A stretch of DNA of 64,000 bases from a virus (lineage: Duplodnaviria > Caudoviricetes): IMG/VR virus record IMGVR_UViG_3300025018_000001; one strand, 5' to 3'. Within the stretch, counting starts at the first letter, position 1. The number at the start of each line of letters is the position of its first letter. Under the pieces are notes generated by a model. The model had not been told where the DNA came from. It saw only the letters and a program-made list of their open reading frames with translations, and made no database searches. This document shows, piece after piece, positions 7,049 through 15,716 of this stretch. A program made the translations under genes and the position numbers.

Positions 7049-8455
7049 ATGGCAAAGTTAAACAAAGTACCCCAGTCCCTTAGAACTCATAATGGTGCAG
7101 TAGCTAAACACATCTCCCCTGAAAACATGCTTAGACGTTCTATTATGTCTTGCTTGCTTTGGGAAAAAGAGTACTACGAAGATGGTGTTACTATCGCACA
7201 ACGAATCGAAAAATTAGTACCACTAGTTGACCCAATGGTTGTTGCAGACTTGGCGATACTTGCTCGTACTAATATGAACCTCAGGCATGTACCACTGTTA
7301 CTGGTAAACACCATGCTAAAGTTCCCTGAACACAAGAAATATGCACGAGAAGTAATAGGTAAAGTTGTTAATCGTCCTGATGAACTTGGCGAACTTCTTA
7401 CTATGTACTTTGGTGGCGGAACCAAGAATAAACCATTGGCTAACTCTTTAAAGAAGGGTCTTGCTGATGCGTTTTGTAAATTCAATGAGTACCAGTTAGC
7501 TAAGTACAACAGGGAAGAAGCAATAAAACTCCGTGATGTACTGTTCCTGACTCATGCAAAACCAGTAGACAACACTCAGGCAGTGTTGTGGAAAAAGCTT
7601 ATCGGTGGCTTCTGTAAAAATTGTGGTGAAAGTCACTATAGCAAAGATACAAAACGAGTAGAGCCTAAAACAGAGGCTTGTTCACAGTATGAAGAGCTTA
7701 CGTTGGCTACACCTGACACTTGGGAAGTCGCTTTATCTTCTGGTGGAAACAAGCGTGAACACTGGACAAGACTACTTAAAGAAGGAAAGCTTGGTGCACT
7801 GGCACTGCTTCGTAACTTACGTAATATGCTTACTGCCGGTATTGATAAACAACAAATAGCAGAAGCTTTTACAAAGACTGACCTTAGTAAAGTTCTACCT
7901 TACAGGTACATAGCTGCTGCAAAGTATGCTCCAGGTTTGGAAAATATACTGGAAGATGGTATGTTCAAGAGCTTGAAAAATGCACCTCGTATGGAAGGAC
8001 GCACAACGCTGCTTATAGATGTTTCTGGTAGCATGGATTGGGCCTTATCTGCTAAGTCTGATCTTAAGAGATTGGATGCTGCTTGTGGTTTAGCTATGCT
8101 ACTTCGTGAAATCTGTGAAGACGTAGATATATTCACATTCAGTACCAGGCTTGTGCAGGTACCACCAAGAAGAGGGTTTGCTTTAAAAGAAGCCATAGAG
8201 CGTAGTCAAGGTCATAGCTCAACTTACCTTGGTAGGTCTTTAAAAGAGTTACAAAGTAAAACAAAATGTGATAGACTTATTGTTATCACAGATGAACAAT
8301 CGAACGACGCCGTACCAGATCCAAAAGGTACTGGCTATATGATAAACGTAGCTTCTGCCAGAAATGGTGTTGGTTACGGTGCTTGGACTCATGTAGATGG
8401 TTTTAGTGAGTCTGTAGTACGTTGGATTCAGGAATTGGAAAATGATAAAAAATAA
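7049..8455 (+). CDS. rsr: Ro60/Rsr RNA-binding protein (TROVE + vWA)
   Basis: TROVE motifs (R.P.LLL, FNEYQLAKY, LRDVLFLTH, TWE..LS, ALLRNLRN, LPYRY) and vWA MIDAS DVSGSM...IVITDEQ. Confidence 0.93.
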   Translation: MAKLNKVPQSLRTHNGAVAKHISPENMLRRSIMSCLLWEKEYYEDGVTIAQRIEKLVPLVDPMVVADLAILARTNMNLRHVPLLLVNTMLKFPEHKKYAREVIGKVVNRPDELGELLTMYFGGGTKNKPLANSLKKGLADAFCKFNEYQLAKYNREEAIKLRDVLFLTHAKPVDNTQAVLWKKLIGGFCKNCGESHYSKDTKRVEPKTEACSQYEELTLATPDTWEVALSSGGNKREHWTRLLKEGKLGALALLRNLRNMLTAGIDKQQIAEAFTKTDLSKVLPYRYIAAAKYAPGLENILEDGMFKSLKNAPRMEGRTTLLIDVSGSMDWALSAKSDLKRLDAACGLAMLLREICEDVDIFTFSTRLVQVPPRRGFALKEAIERSQGHSSTYLGRSLKELQSKTKCDRLIVITDEQSNDAVPDPKGTGYMINVASARNGVGYGAWTHVDGFSESVVRWIQELENDKK

Positions 8456-8477
8456 GTTATGGTAGATGTGTAATACT

Positions 8478-8515
8478 AGTAGCTAGAAACTGGCAATTTT
8501 TAGCTACTTTAATTT
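8478..8515 (+). terminator. intrinsic terminator after ro60
   Basis: AGTAGCTA/TAGCTACT hairpin followed by T-rich tract. Confidence 0.6.
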
Positions 8516-8532
8516 TTGTGTAGTCAACATGG

Positions 8533-8561
8533 TTGACAATCATTGATTATGTGTGTATTAT
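8533..8561 (+). promoter_or_regulatory. sigma70-type promoter with inverted repeat over -35
   Basis: TTGACA-17-TATTAT; GTCAAC-ATG-GTTGAC palindrome 8523-8537. Confidence 0.65.
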
Positions 8562-8572
8562 GTATTTACTAT

Positions 8573-8712
8573 TTTAGTATTTCTGCTGGCAACAGATTTA
8601 CTAAGCTTTTTAAGACTGGAAAACAATATAACAAGATGGCCGTCCCTTTTATCGAATAGCTGCATCGCGCTGCGAAAGATCCGGGACCTCCTAGTTTGAG
8701 TTCGAAAGTTTA
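8573..8712 (+). ncRNA. candidate structured leader or small RNA
   Basis: hairpins TTAGTA/TACTAA, GTCCC/GGGAC, CCTAGTT/AACTAGG directly after the promoter. Confidence 0.35.
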
Positions 8713-8783
8713 AGCAACTAGGTTGAATGGGTAGGGGTGGGGATTTTTTATCATTTATTATTAATTTAAATATTTGGGGGTGT

Positions 8784-9110
8784 ATGGAAAGAGATCTTTG
8801 TGACTTGATGGCGAACGGTGGTGATGACTTTGGTAGCCAGTATGACTATAATTCAGATGAATGTACTTCAAGAGAATTTGGTAGTCGAGATCTAGGTACA
8901 GCAATGACTTTTGCAGAGATGCTCGCAGAAGAAGAATCATTGTCCGGTTTAATGGAGTCAATGGATGCACACGACCCAGAAGAATTGTTGGAAGCTATGG
9001 AAATAGCCCAAGACAAAGATAAAGTAACACGTGTTAGTCTTAAGAGTAGGAATACGGATGCTCCTGCTTTTGAACAATACGTTTATGCAAAATGTGGACT
9101 AGTTAGATAA
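8784..9110 (+). CDS. acidic hypothetical protein
   Basis: likely ATG 8784 after GGGGG SD. Confidence 0.6.
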   Translation: MERDLCDLMANGGDDFGSQYDYNSDECTSREFGSRDLGTAMTFAEMLAEEESLSGLMESMDAHDPEELLEAMEIAQDKDKVTRVSLKSRNTDAPAFEQYVYAKCGLVR

Positions 9111-9295
9111 TGCCTATTTACAATTACGAGTGTTCTGTCTGTAAAAAAAAGTATGAATCTATACAACCGATGGACACTAAAACAATACAATGTACTTGTG
9201 GTGAAACAGCTAAAAAAGTACCGTCTCTAACTAATTTTCAACTAAAAGGTGGAGGTTGGGCAAAAGATGGATACAGTAGCGGTGGTAAAAAGTAG
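9110..9295 (+). CDS. FmdB-family zinc ribbon protein
   Basis: MPIYNYECSVC...C.CG..A.K...F.LKG.GW..DGY. Confidence 0.85.
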   Translation: MPIYNYECSVCKKKYESIQPMDTKTIQCTCGETAKKVPSLTNFQLKGGGWAKDGYSSGGKK

Positions 9296-9584
9296 TTGCG
9301 AATTTGAAAATAATATGTTAAACTTACTTATCGGTAAGAGGTATTCAATAACACTATTCGCACATGACACGCCAATGGTTGGTACAATTAAATCAAAAGA
9401 AGCTAAGGATAAATCAAATCATACTTATTGGTTTTCTTGGTGGGATGAAGCACGAAAACAAAATGTAGGACATTACATATTTGATAGAGGTTATGCTAAT
9501 ACCAAAAGAACAATTGTATATAATCAATATAGTATACGTACATGTAAAGAAGTATGTCCTAACATTGACCCTAAAAAAGATTAA
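9249..9584 (+). CDS. hypothetical protein
   Basis: ORF; true start probably downstream of 9295. Confidence 0.5.
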   Translation: MEVGQKMDTVAVVKSSCEFENNMLNLLIGKRYSITLFAHDTPMVGTIKSKEAKDKSNHTYWFSWWDEARKQNVGHYIFDRGYANTKRTIVYNQYSIRTCKEVCPNIDPKKD

Positions 9585-9590
9585 GGAGAC

Positions 9591-10115
9591 GTGATGTTGC
9601 TCGTCGAAAAAGCAATGCTATTTGCTATTGAAGCACATAAAGGTACATTTAGAAAATTTGATGGTACAGCTTATATAAAACATCCTTTTTCTGTCATGGG
9701 GATTATGACTGAATACTCGGATGACCCTGCTGTACTAGCGGCTTGTCTACTACATGACACAGTCGAAGATATTGATGATATTACATTAGAAACAATGCAC
9801 GATACATTTGGTGAACGAGTGGCGAGTAACGTTTTTTATGTTACAGAAAAAGCTACTAAAGCTGACGGTAGTCGTAGAGTACGAAAAGAAATTGACCGTA
9901 TTCATTACAGTAAAGGTACAGTAGATTCACAAAATATAAAAGTAGCGGATATGTTGGATAATATTCCTGGTATTGTATTATGCGACCCTAAATTTGCACC
10001 TATATACTTAGAAGAAAAAAGACAGCTTTTATGGAGCTTAACAAAAGCAGTTCCAGATATAAAAGCTAAAGCAGAAAGACTAATAAACCAGATGTACTTA
10101 ATTCTAGGTAATTAG
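9591..10115 (+). CDS. HD-domain hydrolase, Mesh1/SpoT (p)ppGpp-hydrolase-like
   Basis: A..FA..AH.G..RK..G..YI.HP..V...LLHDTVED...KVADMLDN. Confidence 0.85.
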   Translation: MMLLVEKAMLFAIEAHKGTFRKFDGTAYIKHPFSVMGIMTEYSDDPAVLAACLLHDTVEDIDDITLETMHDTFGERVASNVFYVTEKATKADGSRRVRKEIDRIHYSKGTVDSQNIKVADMLDNIPGIVLCDPKFAPIYLEEKRQLLWSLTKAVPDIKAKAERLINQMYLILGN

Positions 10116-10121
10116 TTTATA

Positions 10122-10257
10122 GGCCTGTTAGCTCAATCGGTTAGAGCATTAAGCTAAACCTTATTAGCTAGTTCCCTATTTAATTATAGCGGTGTATAAT
10201 ATGGTTACTTCTCTTATGATAAAAGAAAGATGGTAGGTTCGAATCCTCCACAGGCCA
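10122..10257 (+). ncRNA. tRNA-Ile(GAT)-like RNA with inserted Y-like module (element D)
   Basis: GGCCTGT/ACAGGCC acceptor, D arm, T arm; insert with CGGTGTA-TAATATGGT-TACTTC before TCTT-ATGATAA-AAGA. Confidence 0.75.
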
Positions 10258-10476
10258 AATTAAATTATTAACAAATGAATAAGGTCTCTGGTTGAGTAAT
10301 TCTAGATAGGGTGGTTCAATTCCGCCCGCCTTGAAAAATGTTGGGGTTGATGTGTTAGTCCTCCATGTATAGCTCCTAGGTAAGCTTACAGAAGCACTCA
10401 AGTGTAAACTGCAACTCTTCGTGGTTATCAGACTAAACCACGTTAACTTAATAGGGAGATTCCAAATAAGAAAAAC

Positions 10477-11199
10477 ATGAAAGAACCAAATGAGATAGAT
10501 ATTCTCGACTTGAATTATCCTTTACTTGTGAAATTTAAGGAGAAGTGTCCTGGTACTTTTGCACATAGCAAGAAATTAGCAGAAGTATTAGAAAAAATAG
10601 GTACTGCGCTTGGTCTTGATTCCAAAGTATTAAAAACTATAGGTCTGTATCATGATGTAGGTAAAATGGTAACACCTGTTTTATATTCTGAGAATCAACC
10701 AATAGATTTTAATCCACATGATAACCTGGAGCCTTGGATTTCATTTGCTCTAGTAGCTGGTCATGTAGCGCACTCAGTACAAATACTACTAAACGACCCT
10801 AACTTTGATGATGAGTTGGTAAAAGTATGCTCTCAACATCATGGCACAACTCTAGCTTTGTGCTTCTTTAAGAAAAGTGGTAGTGAAAATGAAGAGGAGT
10901 ATAGATACACAACACTTCGTCCACAATCTTTTGAAGCCGCATTACTAATGATTTGTGACCATCTAGAAGCACGTATTCGTTCTGAAATGAATAGCGGTAG
11001 GATAACAGATAAAGAGGGTATTGAAAATATAGTAGAGATAGTTTTCAATAGTTTAGTAGACGATGGTCAATTCGATGATGTAGCCGTACCGAGTTTTAAA
11101 ATATTACGGACACTGAAAAGTACACTGAAATTAGAATTTTCAGAGTTGTTCGAAGACCATAAGCGTATAGACTACGCACAAGATACAGTAAAGAAATAA
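10477..11199 (+). CDS. stand-alone HDIG-type HD domain protein (PgpH/YqfF-like catalytic domain)
   Basis: PGTFAHS...YHDVGK...ENQ...NPHD.L.P..S...HV...QHHGT...YRY...P.S.EAALLMICD. Confidence 0.8.
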   Translation: MKEPNEIDILDLNYPLLVKFKEKCPGTFAHSKKLAEVLEKIGTALGLDSKVLKTIGLYHDVGKMVTPVLYSENQPIDFNPHDNLEPWISFALVAGHVAHSVQILLNDPNFDDELVKVCSQHHGTTLALCFFKKSGSENEEEYRYTTLRPQSFEAALLMICDHLEARIRSEMNSGRITDKEGIENIVEIVFNSLVDDGQFDDVAVPSFKILRTLKSTLKLEFSELFEDHKRIDYAQDTVKK

Positions 11200-11216
11200 C
11201 TTTTGGTTAAGCTACT

Positions 11217-11429
11217 ATGACAATGAAAGTTTACAAAGTTGGCGAAAAATCTAAAGCCATATGTCACATCTGCAAAGCGATTAAAGAAACAACTTTTGAT
11301 TTAAGAGACGTTCCTCTTTCTGATGGTACAGCTATTGCTAAAGAAGCATTGGTAGGTATTTGTGATACTTGTAATACTATTGTGTCAATGCCAGCGCAGC
11401 ACATACATTATAAAAAATTGAGTTTGTAA
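11217..11429 (+). CDS. YgiT/MqsA-type zinc finger protein
   Basis: CHIC...GICDTC pattern. Confidence 0.6.
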   Translation: MTMKVYKVGEKSKAICHICKAIKETTFDLRDVPLSDGTAIAKEALVGICDTCNTIVSMPAQHIHYKKLSL

Positions 11430-11597
11430 TACTAATAGTATCAAACTGCTTCCGCAAAGAAGTGTAAGTGAAAGAAAGCAGCCTGTGAATAGGCCTAAGA
11501 CGACTATATGTACCGCACGTAAAGTGGCTGACATGGTAGCGTGGTTGCCATCGTAAGGACGAAAACCCTAAGTGCAAATCTTGTAAAACTATTAGTA
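11430..11597 (+). ncRNA. candidate structured ncRNA
   Basis: 10-bp closing stem TACTAATAGT/ACTATTAGTA around several GC-rich hairpins. Confidence 0.4.
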
Positions 11598-11622
11598 CTA
11601 CTTTTACCTACATACAGGAGTA

Positions 11623-11808
11623 ATGATGGAGAAAAATGAAACTGTTTGTGTAATAACCACTGTAAATATGTGTGCTAAATGCCCAAACTTTGTTGATAAT
11701 TATGGTTGGGATAACGATTGGTGTAAGCATAAAGACGCTTCATGTATGTGGATTTATGATGCTAGTATAATTGATCCAAATTGTCCTATTAGGAAAAAAA
11801 AATGTTGA
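11623..11808 (+). CDS. Cys-rich hypothetical protein
   Basis: GGAG SD; CAKCP..WC..C..CP. Confidence 0.55.
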   Translation: MMEKNETVCVITTVNMCAKCPNFVDNYGWDNDWCKHKDASCMWIYDASIIDPNCPIRKKKC

Positions 11809-12017
11809 ACAAACTGAGACGTAATTCATTAGGCATAGCTCTTAGGAGTAATCAACCGGAGTTAGTTGGTCGTTTATTAGTGGTTATTGACAATCTAAAA
11901 GATAATTGGTTAAGAGTACGTCTAATGCAACTTGGAAGTCATTGTAATGTAGACTGGGCTAAAGATGATTTTGTGATACCTAGAGAACATTTTTTATTTA
12001 TAAACAAAAGGTTATGA
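11802..12017 (+). CDS. hypothetical protein
   Basis: ORF overlapping upstream stop. Confidence 0.5.
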   Translation: MLNKLRRNSLGIALRSNQPELVGRLLVVIDNLKDNWLRVRLMQLGSHCNVDWAKDDFVIPREHFLFINKRL

Positions 12018-12396
12018 TATGAAAGTCAAGGATGCAAAAGCATTATTAGATACCTTCGATGATGAAGCTGAATTAGTATTACTAGGAGAAGACTCAACAA
12101 CCTATGATATTAAAAACTGCGACACTGCTAAAGACTCCAAACTGGTTTGGTTTGAAATAAAAGAAACCGGAATGTGTGATGGCTGTTAAGTAAATATTAA
12201 TGTAACTAGTAATTTTATAACTCGTATTAACGTATTATTATAGTATGAGTTAGCGCAACTTAGACCAGTGAATTGAGATACGGCGTTCAGCAGTAACTGG
12301 TTACTTCAATGTAGATACGCCGTTGGTCCTAACTTGTACTATAGTAGTATAATTATTACTAATCCTTAGATGCTATGATGCGATAGGAGAAGTGAA

Positions 12397-13290
12397 ATGA
12401 AAGAACAATCCGCAAATGTAGGCGTTGTAATTGGTCGTTTCCACGTAGACGATCTCCACGAAGGTCACCTAAATCTACTTTCTACAGTAGAGAACTCACA
12501 CAGTAGACTTATTATTTTTGTAGGTCTATCTCACAACAAATGTACTTATAATAACCCTTTAGATTTTGAATCAAGGCGGTCTATGTTACAAGCACATTAT
12601 CCAAAAGCAACTATTCTTTATATTAGAGACGTACATGACGATGTGATCTGGTCCAAAGATCTCGATAATAAAATATTGAACTTAATAGGGCCTAATCAAA
12701 CCGTATGTCTTTATGGTAGTAGGGATTCTTTTATTCCGTATTATCATGGAAAATTTCCAGTTAAAGAACTTGTACAAGAAACTTATTTCTCAGGCACCGA
12801 AGTACGCAAACAAGTAGCTATTAGATCCAATTCTACTAGAGACTTTAGAGCAGGTGCTATATGGGCGTTAGGTAATCAGTATGCATCCCCTAATTTTACT
12901 ATTGATGTTGCTATATTCAATGATGATTTTACTCGTGTCCTTCTCGGTCGCAAAATAAGAGAATCAAAATATAGATTCATTGGCGGCTTTATTCAAAACT
13001 CAGAGAAGATATCTGATGCCGTTGCAAGGGAAGCGTTGGAAGAAACTCATCTCGTACTTAATAATATTACTTACATTGATAGTTTCCCGTCTACTGACTG
13101 GCGTTACAAAGGTGAAAGAGATAAGATTACTACTATACTCCATACTGCTACAATTAAATCAGGCACACCTGAACCAGATGATGATATACATGAGCTTCGT
13201 TGGTTTGACTTCAACGGTGAAGTAATGGAACATCTCGTCCCAGAGCATCTTGAAATGATGAATCAGTTGTTACTCAAATCACGGAGTTAA
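12397..13290 (+). CDS. nadM: bifunctional NMN adenylyltransferase / ADP-ribose pyrophosphatase (NadM-Nudix)
   Basis: GRF...HEGH, NPLDFE.R, GSRDSF, SGTEVR; Nudix box GG...E....AVAREALEET. Confidence 0.92.
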   Translation: MKEQSANVGVVIGRFHVDDLHEGHLNLLSTVENSHSRLIIFVGLSHNKCTYNNPLDFESRRSMLQAHYPKATILYIRDVHDDVIWSKDLDNKILNLIGPNQTVCLYGSRDSFIPYYHGKFPVKELVQETYFSGTEVRKQVAIRSNSTRDFRAGAIWALGNQYASPNFTIDVAIFNDDFTRVLLGRKIRESKYRFIGGFIQNSEKISDAVAREALEETHLVLNNITYIDSFPSTDWRYKGERDKITTILHTATIKSGTPEPDDDIHELRWFDFNGEVMEHLVPEHLEMMNQLLLKSRS

Positions 13291-13298
13291 TTATAATA

Positions 13299-13496
13299 AT
13301 GATAAGAAAAACTGTATGCTTACCTATAAAAGTACCAGAAGGTAAGTACTGTTGGGAATATAACGTAGCTGGTACCTGTGATTACCATGATAATGAAGGT
13401 GGTACATCTGTATGTACATTACACTTTGATGTTAAAGAAACAAAGAAAGGCGTTATTAAGGACCCACTTTGCGCCTCATTAACATTGGTGAAATGA
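13299..13496 (+). CDS. Cys-rich hypothetical protein
   Basis: short ORF. Confidence 0.5.
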   Translation: MIRKTVCLPIKVPEGKYCWEYNVAGTCDYHDNEGGTSVCTLHFDVKETKKGVIKDPLCASLTLVK

Positions 13497-13559
13497 CTGG
13501 CAAAAGACATATATGGTCATGAAATAACAGCAGATAGTGCCACAGAACTTGAAGGGCTT

Positions 13560-13772
13560 ATGTGTTGGAATAATCATAGGGTATTCAGCCTTATAAAAGA
13601 TAGACATGGTGTATTCTGGTCTGGATGGGATATAAACAGACATTATCCACACACATGGGAGCATCATGCTGACAATCTTGGTAGCGACCCTGAAGAAGCT
13701 AAAAGGTTACACAAAATAGAAACAGATAGAATACGAGCTAAGATTGATGAAGATCCATCAAGATGCTGGTAA
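13560..13772 (+). CDS. hypothetical protein
   Basis: short ORF; start uncertain. Confidence 0.45.
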   Translation: MCWNNHRVFSLIKDRHGVFWSGWDINRHYPHTWEHHADNLGSDPEEAKRLHKIETDRIRAKIDEDPSRCW

Positions 13773-13802
13773 TAGAGTAGTATAATATAAATCCTAGATG
13801 CG

Positions 13803-15170
13803 TTGATGCAAGGGAGAAACAACATGAAAAGAAGAAGCTTAGTATTTAAAACGGATTCCTATAAATCAAGTCACTGGTTACAGTTCCCTGAGAATAGAGG
13901 AAGTTACTACTACATAGAATCACGTGGTGGTGCAGAAGAAGTACTCTTCTTTGGTCTACAAGCAGTCATCAAAAGAATACTTTCAAAAATGCCTACAAAG
14001 AAAGAAGTTAAAAAAGCTGCTAAATTCTGGGCAAACCACGGAGTTGCTTTCAATAAGAAAGGTTGGATGAAACTTGTTAAACTTGGTTATTATCCGATTG
14101 AAATTCACGCTGTGGAAGAAGGTAAATTAATAAAAACAAAAGAAGTACAAGTAACAATTGAGTCTACTGATGACCGATTTGGTTGGCTTCCTGGTTGGAT
14201 TGAGACGACGTTGCTCCAGCTATGGTATCCTACTACAGTTGCGACGAAGCAATTCGAGTGTAAGAAAGTTATACTTGAGTACTTAAAGAAAACTGGTACC
14301 CCTGAAGATGCACCATTCAAACTACACTCATTTGGTTATAGAGGTGTTAGTTCTGAGGAGTCTGCTGGCATAGGTGGATCTGCTGAGTTACTTACATCCA
14401 TGGGTACTGACACTGTTGCTGGTATACTTGAAGCACAAGACATGTACAATACTAACGCTATGCTTGGCTTTAGTATAAATGCAGCGGAACACAGTACTAT
14501 TACTGCCTGGGGAAGAGAGTTTGAGCGTGATGCATACGAGAATATGCTCAATCAATTTCTTAAGCCTGGGGCTATTGTAGCAGTTGTGTCTGATAGCTAT
14601 GACCTAAGTAATGCTGTACTGAAGTATTGGGGTGGTGAGTTTAAAGAACGTATAATTCAATCAGGTGGTACATTGGTAGTGCGGCCTGATTCCGGTGAGC
14701 CATCTGAGATAGTACTTAGAACTCTTGAACAACTTGGCGAATGCTTTGGTACTGAAGTAAATGCTAAAGGATATAAAGTTCTTCCAAGTTACGTAAGAGT
14801 GATCCAAGGCGATGGCCTTAATGGTGCTGACGATATACGTAAAGTATTAGAAGTTATAACAGAGGCCGGTTGGTCCGCTGACAACGTAGCATTTGGTATG
14901 GGTGGTGGATCATTACAACAAGTCAACCGTGACACCTACAAATATGCTATGAAGATGTCTGCCATTTTCAAAAAGAACAAGGATGGCCAATTTGCTTGGT
15001 CTGATGTATTTAAAGAACCTGCTGATGCACCGTGGAAAAATAGTAAGAAAGGTAGATTTGATAAATTAAATCTACCACTTATTTGGAAAGATGGTAAGTT
15101 TTTTAAACAGTACACATTTGAAGAAGTGCGTGCTAACGCAATGGGTGAGCTTGAACGTAAGACAAGTTAA
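13803..15170 (+). CDS. nadV: nicotinamide phosphoribosyltransferase
   Basis: TDSYK.SH, LWYP.TVAT, LH.FG.RG, AAEHS, VSDSYD, VRPDSG, IQGDG, FGMGG. Confidence 0.95.
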   Translation: MMQGRNNMKRRSLVFKTDSYKSSHWLQFPENRGSYYYIESRGGAEEVLFFGLQAVIKRILSKMPTKKEVKKAAKFWANHGVAFNKKGWMKLVKLGYYPIEIHAVEEGKLIKTKEVQVTIESTDDRFGWLPGWIETTLLQLWYPTTVATKQFECKKVILEYLKKTGTPEDAPFKLHSFGYRGVSSEESAGIGGSAELLTSMGTDTVAGILEAQDMYNTNAMLGFSINAAEHSTITAWGREFERDAYENMLNQFLKPGAIVAVVSDSYDLSNAVLKYWGGEFKERIIQSGGTLVVRPDSGEPSEIVLRTLEQLGECFGTEVNAKGYKVLPSYVRVIQGDGLNGADDIRKVLEVITEAGWSADNVAFGMGGGSLQQVNRDTYKYAMKMSAIFKKNKDGQFAWSDVFKEPADAPWKNSKKGRFDKLNLPLIWKDGKFFKQYTFEEVRANAMGELERKTS

Positions 15171-15319
15171 CTCAGAGGGTGCAGAAGGACTATAGTAACT
15201 GACAAGATTATATGAATTCGAGTGCCTGATGGTGTTGCCGTGGAGGTTATGTATTATGGGAGTCTGTCAAACTCTTTAACTGAGGATAACGGTAACACCA
15301 CATTTTTTAAGGAGACTAT

Positions 15320-15526
15320 ATGGGATTTGCAACATTGCCAGAAAAGAAAAAGATAAAACCACGATATAAGAATACGCTTGTATGTCAAGAGTGTGGTACT
15401 GAATTTGGAGCCAACGTTACGTTTGTGCGAGGTATATCAGAGATACGTGGAACAGACTTTGAAAGATTTACACCACTAACTAAGATAGAAAAAGGCACAT
15501 GTCCCATGTGTAGTAATAATGTATAA
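15320..15526 (+). CDS. zinc-ribbon hypothetical protein
   Basis: CQECG...CPMC; AGGAG SD. Confidence 0.6.
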   Translation: MGFATLPEKKKIKPRYKNTLVCQECGTEFGANVTFVRGISEIRGTDFERFTPLTKIEKGTCPMCSNNV

Positions 15527-15716
15527 GCGTAGCGGTGGGACTACAGACATAGAAGTAGTAAATCATATTGACTATATTGTTGTTGAGCCAAAAGTTAACC
15601 CTAAAAAGAAAATAAAAACATCTATGTATAAAGAGTCTAAAATAGCCCGTCACACAACAGTTGGTGGAAAGGGTATCGTAGGTAGGATATACAATAAAAA
15701 AGGTAAGAAGCTATGA
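15519..15716 (+). CDS. basic hypothetical protein
   Basis: translationally coupled ORF. Confidence 0.5.
   Translation: MYKRSGGTTDIEVVNHIDYIVVEPKVNPKKKIKTSMYKESKIARHTTVGGKGIVGRIYNKKGKKL

Noticed and set aside
10295-10420. Permuted tmRNA (T arm followed by GGGGTTG..CAACTCT)
   Set aside because: The T arm is not adjacent to the matching acceptor strand, no tag ORF is seen and the region is too short; kept only as a low-interest structure.
11525-11570. Hammerhead ribozyme (CTGA...GGACGAAA)
   Set aside because: Core CUGANGA is incomplete (CTGACAT) and stem II does not form as required.
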